From the NCBI GenBank assembly GCA_024654625.1, contig JANLHB010000021.1, positions 1-52,845 of the forward strand: a DNA stretch of 52,845 nucleotides, in the 5' to 3' direction. Position 1 is the first letter of the stretch. The number at the start of each line of letters is the position of its first letter. A program made the position numbers and the translations under genes. Source of the stretch: Patescibacteria group bacterium (lineage in GTDB: Bacteria; Patescibacteriota; Minisyncoccia; GCA-002772825). The notes under the pieces are model-generated. The model did not search any database, was not told the DNA's origin, and saw nothing but the letters and a program-made list of their open reading frames with translations. Below, in pieces: positions 44,063-52,753 of this stretch.

Positions 44063-44611
44063 TTATGGTGTCACATCATAACATCCATCGTCTGTGCCCG
44101 CTGCAGAACAGTCAGCTCCTTGTCCATTAAATGTATATGTACTATCAGCATCACTACCAAGGACAGAATGTCCGCCAGTGCCAACAAGACCTGTTCCATC
44201 TTGCTCTAGATTAGCGCCTAAATGATAAAAATTACAAACACCGGTTGCTATAGCACAGACAGCTCCGGCAGAAGTCACATTGTCATAAGAATATATAGCT
44301 CCAGTACTTGGATCCTTAGGTTCAGCAGGAATAAAGCCGTCAGTAACAAGTTGAGCTACAGTATCTGGATACTCTGAACCATTACTATCAGCAAAAAGTT
44401 CAAGAGCTAATTGGACCTGCTTTATATCAGAAACTCTTTTAGCATCACGAGATTTCTGCCTTGCGCTGTTTAGTGAGGCAAGTACCACTGATGAAAGAAT
44501 ACCGATGATCGCAATAACGACCAGAAGTTCAATCAAAGTAAAACCCTGCCTACCGGCAGGCAGGCTCTTTGAACTGATTTTAAATTTATTTTTTAACATA
44601 TTATTTTTCAT
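44063..44611 (-). CDS. pilA: Type IV major pilin (PilA-like)
   Basis: 182 aa with leader MKNNMLKNKFKISSKSLPAGRQG/FTLIELLVVIAIIGILSSVVLASL; it is monocistronic behind a long structured leader. Confidence 0.8.
   Translation of the reverse strand: MKNNMLKNKFKISSKSLPAGRQGFTLIELLVVIAIIGILSSVVLASLNSARQKSRDAKRVSDIKQVQLALELFADSNGSEYPDTVAQLVTDGFIPAEPKDPSTGAIYSYDNVTSAGAVCAIATGVCNFYHLGANLEQDGTGLVGTGGHSVLGSDADSTYTFNGQGADCSAAGTDDGCYDVTP
44545..44564. repeat. 20-bp palindrome, 1 mismatch (pilA leader)
   Basis: CCTGCCTACCGGCAGGCAGG. Confidence 0.9.
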
Positions 44612-44726
44612 TATTTATTAATTTTTTAATACGATTTATCGACCGGTTAAATTATTATTTATATAAAGTATTATAATATATAAAGCTTACAAATACGCGA
44701 AAAGCGGTGTGGATAACTAAACCCAC

Positions 44727-44777
44727 CCTTTGCCTTGGCAAAGGACACACTAATCCGCCATATGCGGTTTAGTGTGT
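44727..44777. repeat. Two adjacent GC hairpins between pilC and pilA
   Basis: CCTTTGCC-TT-GGCAAAGG (44727-44) and ACACACTAATCCGCC..TGCGGTTTAGTGTGT (44745-77, 13 bp with 1 mismatch). Confidence 0.75.
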
Positions 44778-44790
44778 GGGTAAATCCTCT

Positions 44791-45999
44791 CTATATACCA
44801 GAAGAAATGTTATAGATAGGCCCTATAACAGCGATTAAAAGAAACCCGACAAAAATGGCAAGGACGATAATCATTACCGGCTCAATAAGACCGATCAGGT
44901 TCTCAATAGTATTATCAACTTCTCTCTTATAGAATCTAGCCATTGTTTCCAAGATAAAATCAAGCCTTCCGCCTTCTTCTCCCACGCGAAGCATTTGCGG
45001 CACAAGAGCGGGAATTTCTTCATATCGCCTTAACGATTCTGACAATGAACCTCCTCCCTTAATGGATTCCGCCACATCAAGAAGAATAGATTGATAAACT
45101 TTATTACCCACAACATCAGCCGTTATTTCAACGGCCTTTATCATCGGCACGCCGCCCGAGAGAAGCGTTTGCAAATTGTCAGTCAGGCGCGCAACATAAA
45201 TTTTTTTATTAATTAAACCTAAAAGAGGTAATGTTATCATCATTTTAGCGACAAAATATTGGCCATTCTCCGTCTTAATATACCGCCAAGCTATAATGGC
45301 GCCGATTATAACAAGAATAAGCATATATAAAATATATTCCTGAAAGAAATTCCCTATTCCCATAATAATCCTTGTATACAAAGGGACTTCTTTACCAACC
45401 TCATCCAAGAGTACGCCTATTTTAGGGATAACAACCGTGAACATCAGAATCATCACTCCAAAAAAAGCAAATACGACAAAAGCCGGATAAAAAAGCGCCC
45501 TTTTCGCCTTTGAAGCCAATTCATAAGAACGCTCCATATAATCAGCTAAATAAGTGAAGATTTCATCCAGTTTACCAGACTCTTCTCCAGATTTAACCAT
45601 ATTTACAAAAAATTTTGAAAAAACTTTCGGATGCTTGGAAAGAGCCGCAGACATTGGCGCACCGCCTTGAATATCAGCCACAATCTCTTCAAGTTTTTCT
45701 TTCATTAAAGGGCTTGCGCTCTCGCTTGCCAAGAGTCTGAAAGAATCAATAATAGGAACTTTCGCCTCAAAAAGAGTGGAAATCTGTCTTGAAAAAATAA
45801 CGACATCTTTAGTCTTTATTCTTTCAAAAATATTTAAATTACGATTTAAAAAAGGCACCGCCTCTGCTTCAGGCTTTATAGCTAAAATAATAAGCCCTCT
45901 TCTTTGGAGAGAATTAATTGCAATCTCAATAGACGGAGCATCTACACTCCCTGAACTCTTTTTCCCTTCTTTATCAGTAGTCTCATAAATGTAAAGCAT
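44791..45999 (-). CDS. pilC: Type IV pilus platform protein (GspF/PilC family)
   Basis: 402 aa with two T2SS-F repeats and 3 TM segments. Confidence 0.85.
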   Translation of the reverse strand: MLYIYETTDKEGKKSSGSVDAPSIEIAINSLQRRGLIILAIKPEAEAVPFLNRNLNIFERIKTKDVVIFSRQISTLFEAKVPIIDSFRLLASESASPLMKEKLEEIVADIQGGAPMSAALSKHPKVFSKFFVNMVKSGEESGKLDEIFTYLADYMERSYELASKAKRALFYPAFVVFAFFGVMILMFTVVIPKIGVLLDEVGKEVPLYTRIIMGIGNFFQEYILYMLILVIIGAIIAWRYIKTENGQYFVAKMMITLPLLGLINKKIYVARLTDNLQTLLSGGVPMIKAVEITADVVGNKVYQSILLDVAESIKGGGSLSESLRRYEEIPALVPQMLRVGEEGGRLDFILETMARFYKREVDNTIENLIGLIEPVMIIVLAIFVGFLLIAVIGPIYNISSGI

Positions 46000-46009
46000 A
46001 CAAGTATAA

Positions 46010-47074
46010 TTACATTAACCCCTCAAGCCCGTTTGGATTTAACGAATAAGCGTAAGCGCTTTCTGTCGTTATCTCGCCCTGCCTTAAGAGCGAAGCGAGT
46101 GACCTGTTTAAACTCATCATCCCTTCTTCAAATCCGGTTTCTATCACTAAATCAATTTCATGCGTCCTGTTCTCTCGAATGAGATTTCTAACGGCGTTGT
46201 TTGAAATTAAAAGCTCATAAGCCGGGATAAGCCCTCCTGAAACTCTGGGTATAAGCCTTTGAGAAAATATTCCCAAAAGAGCCCCTGAAAGCTGCAATGA
46301 AATCTGCCCCTGCTGATCAGCTGGAAATGAATCTATAATACGATCAATTGTCTGAGAAGCATTATTAGTATGAAGAGATGAAAAGATAAGATGCCCTGTC
46401 TCAGCGGCAGTAACTGCCGTACTTATAGTCTCACGGTCGCGCATCTCGCCTATCATCCCCACATTAATATCCTGACGAAACATGGAACGAAGAGCTGTTT
46501 TAAAATCATGAGTATCACTCCTGACTTCCCTTTGATCTATGATTGATTTATCTTGAGTAAAAATATACTCTATCGGGTCTTCAACCGTAATAATATGTTC
46601 TGCCCTCTCGTGATTTATAGAATCAATCATTGCCGCAAGTGTAGTTGACTTGCCGTGTCCGACCGGACCGACAATAAGAAAGAATCCTTGCTCTTTCTTT
46701 GTAAAATCAATAAGAGACTCCGGCAAACTAAGCTCGGCAAAAGTTTTTATCTTTGCAGGAATAAGCCTTAAAGCAGCTCCTATAAACCCTCTCTGAAAAA
46801 ACGCGTTTCCTCTAAACCGAACTTTGTCTTCAAAAGAAAAAGAAAAATCAACCTCTTTCTCTTTCATTAAAATCTCTTCGTCTTCAGGAGAAATCATACT
46901 TAAGACAAGCCCTTTGACGTCATCAGGCGTAAGGATAGGTTTCTTAATAAGCGGAATTAACGCTCCGGAAATACGAACAGTAGGATGACGGCCGACAGCA
47001 AGATGCAAGTCTGAAGCGCCTTCTTTGGCAACTATTAAAACTAAATCGCTTAATTCTTTTTTATAATCAGTCAT
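46010..47074 (-). CDS. pilT: Twitching-motility retraction ATPase PilT
   Basis: 354 aa with Walker A GPVGHGKST, GEMRD and the HLIFSSLHTN His box. Confidence 0.85.
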   Translation of the reverse strand: MTDYKKELSDLVLIVAKEGASDLHLAVGRHPTVRISGALIPLIKKPILTPDDVKGLVLSMISPEDEEILMKEKEVDFSFSFEDKVRFRGNAFFQRGFIGAALRLIPAKIKTFAELSLPESLIDFTKKEQGFFLIVGPVGHGKSTTLAAMIDSINHERAEHIITVEDPIEYIFTQDKSIIDQREVRSDTHDFKTALRSMFRQDINVGMIGEMRDRETISTAVTAAETGHLIFSSLHTNNASQTIDRIIDSFPADQQGQISLQLSGALLGIFSQRLIPRVSGGLIPAYELLISNNAVRNLIRENRTHEIDLVIETGFEEGMMSLNRSLASLLRQGEITTESAYAYSLNPNGLEGLM

Positions 47075-47076
47075 TT

Positions 47077-47517
47077 TTATTTTTCGCTTTCCCGGGCAGA
47101 GTCTGTATTATCACTGCCTGTTGGATTATTTTTCTTTTTTAATAATAAATCTTCCACCTTCTTGGCTATTTCACTTGGCGTAAAATATGCCTTTACAACA
47201 TAATCATCAACCTTCAAATCAAGTCCTTTTTTAATGTCTTCTTTCTGCCCAAGATTAGTAAGAATTACAATAACAGTGCCAGCAAGAAGATTCTCTTCTC
47301 TTATTCTTTTTAGAAGCTCAAATCCGTCCATCTTCGGCATTACAATATCAAGAAGCATTATGTCAGGAGAAAATCCTTGCTTTATCTTTTCCAAAGCTTC
47401 TTGACCGCTCATCGCTATTTCAACTTTATATCCTTTCTCCCTGAATTTAACAGAATACACATCCAAGATAAACTCGTCGTCATCTACTATAAAAACTGAT
47501 GGTTGTTTTTCTGCCAT
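47077..47517 (-). CDS. Receiver-only response regulator (CheY/PilH-like)
   Basis: VDDDEFIL..PDIMLLDIVMPKMDGFELL with no output domain. The ATG at 47517 avoids overlap with pilB. Confidence 0.8.
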   Translation of the reverse strand: MAEKQPSVFIVDDDEFILDVYSVKFREKGYKVEIAMSGQEALEKIKQGFSPDIMLLDIVMPKMDGFELLKRIREENLLAGTVIVILTNLGQKEDIKKGLDLKVDDYVVKAYFTPSEIAKKVEDLLLKKKNNPTGSDNTDSARESEK

Positions 47518-47524
47518 ATAAAAA

Positions 47525-49222
47525 TTATACCTTATATATCTCTTCAAATCCAATAGTTCCGTCGAAAACTTTAAGAACCGCGTCTTCTCTCATCGTAAGC
47601 ATGCCATTCTTTCTCGCTTTTGCCATAATCTCATTCTCAACAGGATTATTCACAATAGCTTCCTCTATATCTTTGGTTTTTTCAAACATTTCAAAAACAG
47701 CGGCTCTTCCTCTTGTCCCCCTCGGGCAAGAAGATGACGGCATAGCCTGATAAATTTTATCAGGTATCTTTATCGCGCTTCTTATATCAGGGTGAACTCC
47801 TTCTAATTCTTTCTCCAGCTTCGCTCTTAAAGAATCTGTCATTGGCATTTCTTTCTTAGACTCGGGGCAAAGTGTCTGGACGAGTCTTTGTCCGATAGCA
47901 AGCACTAATGTTGGAGCAAGAAGATACGGGTCTACGCCCATATCAACAAGACGAGGGATAACTCCCACCGCGCTATTGGTATGAAGAGTAGACAATACAA
48001 GATGCCCCGTTAGAGCGGCTTGAATAGCAAGTTGCGCTGTCTCTTTATCTCTGATTTCGCCAACCATTATTATGTCCGGGTCTTGCCTTAACACAGACCG
48101 AAGTCCATTGGCAAAAGTATAGCCAATCTCAGGCCTCACTTGAGACTGGCTTACCCCTTCAACGTTATACTCAACAGGATCCTCAAGAGAAATTATATTA
48201 TTTTTTTCCCTATCTAAAGACTGAAGCATTGCATATAGTGTCGTTGTTTTACCGGAACCCGTCGGACCTGTTAAAAGAATCATACCATACGGACTTTTAA
48301 TCGCCCTTTTAACTGCCTCAAGATTTCTTCCGGACAACCCCACCTCTTCAAGCGACTTAACCCCTTTATCACGATCAAGAATACGAATCACTACTTTCTC
48401 TCCAAAAAAAGAAGGGAAAGTGGAAACACGAAAATCAACTTGTCTGCCTTCCATCTTCACAGAAAAACGCCCATCTTGCGGTTTTCTCTTTTCGTCAATC
48501 TTAAGATTTGATAGAATTTTTATCCTGGCAACTATAGAGTCGTGCACATTGGAAGGAAGTAAAAGACTTGTATACAAAACTCCGTCCTCGCGAAATCTAA
48601 CTTTTAATTTGTCCGCCCATGGCTCAATATGAATATCTGAAGCATTCCCTTCTGTAGCGTGGCGCAATATAACAGCCACCATTTTAGTAATAGGCGCATC
48701 CTCAACAGCCTCCGCTTGGGACATATTGCCGGAATCATTAACACTCCCAAGCAACGGATCCACTTCTATCTCACCAAGTACTTTTGTAACTTCGCCTCTC
48801 AAGCCCTTATAAGCATCAAGGACCATATCAAAATCAGACTGAGACACGAGAAAAACTTTAAATGACAAGTTAAGCTTTGAGACGATAAACTGCAAGGCTT
48901 CGCGCGCATTAATATCTTGAGGGTCAAGCATTCCCACTTCTAAAATACTGTCATTTACTTCAATCGGCACCATCTTATATTGTCGCGCAATCTCTTCAGG
49001 GATAATTTTTAAAATATCAAAAGAAAGCAGAGTTTTATCCACCTCTTTTATGGGGACTCCGATATCCTGTCCTTTAGCGGAGACAATATCCTCTTCTCTT
49101 ACGCCTTTAACAATAAGAGCTTGCTCCAAACTAAGCCCGCTTTTATCCATCTCTTTATAAATGACAGGAAGATCTTCTTGGGTTATGAAATTATTTTTAA
49201 TTAACACATCAACAAAGCTCAT
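47525..49222 (-). CDS. pilB: Type IV pilus assembly ATPase (GspE/PilB family)
   Basis: 565 aa with an N-terminal T2SSE_N-like domain, Walker A GPTGSGKTTT, GEIRD and HLVLSTLHTN. Confidence 0.9.
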   Translation of the reverse strand: MSFVDVLIKNNFITQEDLPVIYKEMDKSGLSLEQALIVKGVREEDIVSAKGQDIGVPIKEVDKTLLSFDILKIIPEEIARQYKMVPIEVNDSILEVGMLDPQDINAREALQFIVSKLNLSFKVFLVSQSDFDMVLDAYKGLRGEVTKVLGEIEVDPLLGSVNDSGNMSQAEAVEDAPITKMVAVILRHATEGNASDIHIEPWADKLKVRFREDGVLYTSLLLPSNVHDSIVARIKILSNLKIDEKRKPQDGRFSVKMEGRQVDFRVSTFPSFFGEKVVIRILDRDKGVKSLEEVGLSGRNLEAVKRAIKSPYGMILLTGPTGSGKTTTLYAMLQSLDREKNNIISLEDPVEYNVEGVSQSQVRPEIGYTFANGLRSVLRQDPDIIMVGEIRDKETAQLAIQAALTGHLVLSTLHTNSAVGVIPRLVDMGVDPYLLAPTLVLAIGQRLVQTLCPESKKEMPMTDSLRAKLEKELEGVHPDIRSAIKIPDKIYQAMPSSSCPRGTRGRAAVFEMFEKTKDIEEAIVNNPVENEIMAKARKNGMLTMREDAVLKVFDGTIGFEEIYKV

Positions 49223-49269
49223 ATTTACAAATAGATCAAAAAAATAAATAAAATCCTTTAAACAACACT

Positions 49270-49602
49270 TTATATGCCAATAGGCCTAAAAGGATTTAAA
49301 CGTCCTTTTTCTTCAAATGGAAGTTCTTGAGAATGATCAATCAATCCGCGAAACACTTCTTGTTTAAAAAATTCCGTATCAAGCTTCACATCCTCAAGAA
49401 TTTTAAGAGTTTTTAAAAGATCTTTGCCGGATTCAGGGATATTAAGATTCACAGCCAAAGTGTCGTCGTTTATGCCGGAGACGAGCATTTGGTTATTAAT
49501 AGGCTTCTTTCCAAGAAAATTAAAATAGGCCAAAATACTGACAATAACTGCAATTATTATAAGTATCAAAGATAGCGTTTTTTTCTGATTTTTTATAATC
49601 AT
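49270..49602 (-). CDS. Hypothetical single-pass membrane protein (PilP position in the operon)
   Basis: 110 aa with an N-terminal TM helix, downstream of the pilMNO-like genes. Confidence 0.45.
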   Translation of the reverse strand: MIIKNQKKTLSLILIIIAVIVSILAYFNFLGKKPINNQMLVSGINDDTLAVNLNIPESGKDLLKTLKILEDVKLDTEFFKQEVFRGLIDHSQELPFEEKGRLNPFRPIGI

Positions 49603-49620
49603 AATTTAAATTATTTACAT

Positions 49621-50166
49621 TTATTTTTTAGCATAAGTTTTTATTCTCATTGTATACTCATACCAATCGCTTTCATCTGCATCAAATAAAAGACTTTCTA
49701 TCTCCATAATTCTCAAATCATTTTCAAGCTCGCTGATAAAGGACAGCAATGGCTTATACGGACCATTAAAAGAAAGATTTATATAAACAGCGTCAAAGAT
49801 GTCATTATTTATTTCATTTGCTTTAGACTTTTTATCTTCCACTTTTGCAATATCAACCTGAATATCTTTAAGCGCAAAACCGTATTTTTTTACAAGACTC
49901 TCTGTCTCCACGACGAGATCCATCTTTTTAATACCGGACGGAATAAGTTTTTCAAGTCTTGCCAAATCACTCTCCGGAATCTCGTTATATTTTCTTATAA
50001 GATTATCCCTAAGATCAATAAGTTCTCTTGAGTTGGAAAGAACAGTGTTAAAATCTTTCTTCTCAACTGCAAGCAAGTTTATATCTTCCCAATTTTTCTT
50101 TACAGGCCCTAAAAAGATGCCTATGGCTGTCCCTAAAAAAAGTATTGAAAAAATGATTTTTATCAT
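49621..50166 (-). CDS. pilO: PilO-like pilus assembly protein
   Basis: 181 aa with an N-terminal TM helix plus coiled-coil; assigned from operon position. Confidence 0.5.
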   Translation of the reverse strand: MIKIIFSILFLGTAIGIFLGPVKKNWEDINLLAVEKKDFNTVLSNSRELIDLRDNLIRKYNEIPESDLARLEKLIPSGIKKMDLVVETESLVKKYGFALKDIQVDIAKVEDKKSKANEINNDIFDAVYINLSFNGPYKPLLSFISELENDLRIMEIESLLFDADESDWYEYTMRIKTYAKK

Positions 50167-50167
50167 A

Positions 50168-50728
50168 TTATTTATTGTCTGATGAAAGATAAGAAAAAAA
50201 TGAAGGAATAAATTCTATTTTAGCTTCAAAATTAACAATACCGCCTTCTCCCAAAGAAAGACTGGTAATGTCCACAGACTGAACACTTGAATCATCTTTA
50301 AATGCTTCCACTTGATTGGCGACAGAAGTATAATTTTTAGCTACTCCGCCTAAAATTACTTCATTTGACCCGGTATAGCCGAAAGAAACAAGCGATACAT
50401 TCTTTAAAGTATTATTCCCTAAAAACGCAAAAAGTCCGCTTAGATAACCATGCTCGTTAAGAAGCTTTTTGCCGAGCTCAATCTTAGTAGATACCTTGTC
50501 AAGCTCATAAATAAAAGAGTTGTCAAAAGATTCTTTTGTCCTATTTAAAGATTCTTCCAATACGCTAATCTGTTTTGCAATTAAATTTTTATACAAAAAA
50601 GTCCCGCCAAAAGCCAGCAACGAGATAGCAAGCATTATCCCAGAGAAGACGATTAACACTCCGGGTCCCTGACCCTGATAAACTATTTTTTTATTTTCTT
50701 TTTGAGGAATAAAAGATATCTTTTCCAT
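50168..50728 (-). CDS. pilN: PilN-like pilus assembly protein
   Basis: 186 aa with a short cytoplasmic N-terminus and one TM helix, immediately after pilM. Confidence 0.5.
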   Translation of the reverse strand: MEKISFIPQKENKKIVYQGQGPGVLIVFSGIMLAISLLAFGGTFLYKNLIAKQISVLEESLNRTKESFDNSFIYELDKVSTKIELGKKLLNEHGYLSGLFAFLGNNTLKNVSLVSFGYTGSNEVILGGVAKNYTSVANQVEAFKDDSSVQSVDITSLSLGEGGIVNFEAKIEFIPSFFSYLSSDNK

Positions 50729-50745
50729 ACTATCTATATTTTATA

Positions 50746-51867
50746 TTATTCTTCAAATCCACGCAAAGCAAGACCGACGGAAACACCGAAACTTGGACCT
50801 GTTTTTGTAAGAGCCGATTCCAAGAAAGCCGGAAATTCAGTCTTAGCAAAGGGATTAGCGTTGCTTGTCTCTATCCCAAAGTTATTAACAACCTCATCTG
50901 TCAATCCATCAAGTAGCGCTCCTCCGCCGGATAACACTATTCTGCTCACTACTCTTTTATATTTTTTCTGATAGTCAAGTATCGCTCTATTAGCTTCAGA
51001 AAAAATATATTGCAATATCGGCTTCATTACATCTACAAATTCCTTATGTTCAGGCTTTGAAGAAAGACCTATCTCCTTCTTCATATCTTCGGCTCTGTCA
51101 AATTCAATATTAAGCGAATGAGAGATAGCTAAAGTCAAATCCTGGGATCCCTTATTTATAGTATGCACCATGCGGACAATCCCATGATCCACTATGGCTA
51201 TTTTAGTTGTTGAGGCGCCGAAATCAACAACCAGAATAGGCGATATCTCTCGCCCTAATGAAGAATGAACGGCGCTAAAAATTTCAATCTCAAAACTCTC
51301 AAGTTCAATACCCAGCTTGGCTATCATCCTTTTATACTGATCTACTGTGTCTTTATGAATAGCCACGAGCAAAACACTCATCGTCTGATTCTTTTTTATA
51401 TTACTGTCACTCGTGTCATCCGCTTCTTCATTATTATCAGGAAGAAGCTTCCAATCAAAGACCGTCTCAGATATAGGCACTGGAATATATCTTCTAGCTT
51501 CAAGTTTAACCACTTCTTCTATCTTACTGTCTGAAACAACCGGCAAAGTTATAGTCGTAACAAAACTCGCCTTAAGAGGAATTGCCACCGCCGCTCTTTT
51601 TGTCTTGACATTAGATTCTTTAAGCAAATCCCCTACTGCCTCAATCATTTTTTCTTCAGACAATACTACCGACTGCCCCACCTTCTTATCAGCGTAAGGA
51701 CCTACAGATAATTCGCCGTAAGTTTGAAGTATCGCTCGTTCTTTATCTTTCTTTATTTGGACAACTTTAAAAGAGGCTGACCCAAGGTCAAGACCTAACA
51801 CGCCTTGGTCTTTACCGACAAACTGTCCTAAAATTGACGATAAACTGTTACTTAAAGAAAATGCCAT
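50746..51867 (-). CDS. pilM: Type IV pilus assembly protein PilM (actin-like ATPase fold)
   Basis: 373 aa with GLDLGSASFKVV, VVDFGASTTKIAIV and LSGGGALLDGL. Confidence 0.8.
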   Translation of the reverse strand: MAFSLSNSLSSILGQFVGKDQGVLGLDLGSASFKVVQIKKDKERAILQTYGELSVGPYADKKVGQSVVLSEEKMIEAVGDLLKESNVKTKRAAVAIPLKASFVTTITLPVVSDSKIEEVVKLEARRYIPVPISETVFDWKLLPDNNEEADDTSDSNIKKNQTMSVLLVAIHKDTVDQYKRMIAKLGIELESFEIEIFSAVHSSLGREISPILVVDFGASTTKIAIVDHGIVRMVHTINKGSQDLTLAISHSLNIEFDRAEDMKKEIGLSSKPEHKEFVDVMKPILQYIFSEANRAILDYQKKYKRVVSRIVLSGGGALLDGLTDEVVNNFGIETSNANPFAKTEFPAFLESALTKTGPSFGVSVGLALRGFEE

Positions 51868-51912
51868 CAGGTTTTATAAATTTAATTTATATTATACCAT
51901 ATAAAGATATCT

Positions 51913-52650
51913 ATGAAGCGACTTATCCCCAGTTATATACGAAAAATAAATAACAAATTGCCAATACGCCAAACATTAAAAATATTATTGGACTTGCTTT
52001 TCCCTCAAAATTGCCTCGGGTGCGGAAAGAATGACGCGATTATATGTAAAAATTGCCGAGAATCAATACCCGAAGCCGAAGACAGCGCCAACAGTGAGAA
52101 TAATCCTTCTTCCATACCAACCATAGCGGCAGCTTGTTATAAAAATGAAATATTAAAGAAAGCGATCTGGCTCTTAAAATACAAAAAAATAAAAACGGTT
52201 GCAGAGCCCCTTTCCGAACTAATTAGCGATAGATGTGTTGAAGACTTATCAGAAATAAATACTTTCTACTCTATAAGAAATTGCCTGATTATCCCCATAC
52301 CAATATCAAAAAGAAGATTAAGAGAAAGGGGGTTCAACCAAGCAGGACTTATTGCGTTTAATCTTACGAAAAAGATGACAATAAATATGCCAACAATAAA
52401 TTTCTTATTTGAACAAAATATCCTTAAAAAGACAAGGGAAACTTCTTCTCAAGTCTTGATGAAAGACAGGACCAAGCGACTCAAAAATTTAAAAGGCTCT
52501 TTTAGAGTTGAGTCGCCTGAAAAAGTAAAAGATAAAAATATAATCTTAGTAGACGACGTCTCAACAACCGGCGCCACTCTCCACGAGGCAACTTCTGTCC
52601 TCAAAAAAGCCGGCGCCAGGATAATAATCCCGATTGTCGTAGCAAAATAA
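51913..52650 (+). CDS. comFC: ComF-family phosphoribosyltransferase-like competence protein
   Basis: 245 aa with an N-terminal 4-Cys motif (CLGCG..CKNC) and the PRTase motif IILVDDVSTTGATL. Confidence 0.85.
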   Translation: MKRLIPSYIRKINNKLPIRQTLKILLDLLFPQNCLGCGKNDAIICKNCRESIPEAEDSANSENNPSSIPTIAAACYKNEILKKAIWLLKYKKIKTVAEPLSELISDRCVEDLSEINTFYSIRNCLIIPIPISKRRLRERGFNQAGLIAFNLTKKMTINMPTINFLFEQNILKKTRETSSQVLMKDRTKRLKNLKGSFRVESPEKVKDKNIILVDDVSTTGATLHEATSVLKKAGARIIIPIVVAK

Positions 52651-52701
52651 AAATCTGGAAAAATATCAATAAATGTGATACTCTTTTTTAAATAAGGCTA
52701 A

Positions 52702-52750
52702 GTCAATCCCACTAGGATTGACCGCCCAATCCCGCCCGCAAGGCGGGATT
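52702..52750. repeat. Two adjacent GC hairpins upstream of tRNA-Ser
   Basis: GTCAATCC-CACTA-GGATTGAC (52702-22) and AATCCCGCC-CGCAA-GGCGGGATT (52728-50). Confidence 0.85.
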
Positions 52751-52753
52751 AAG

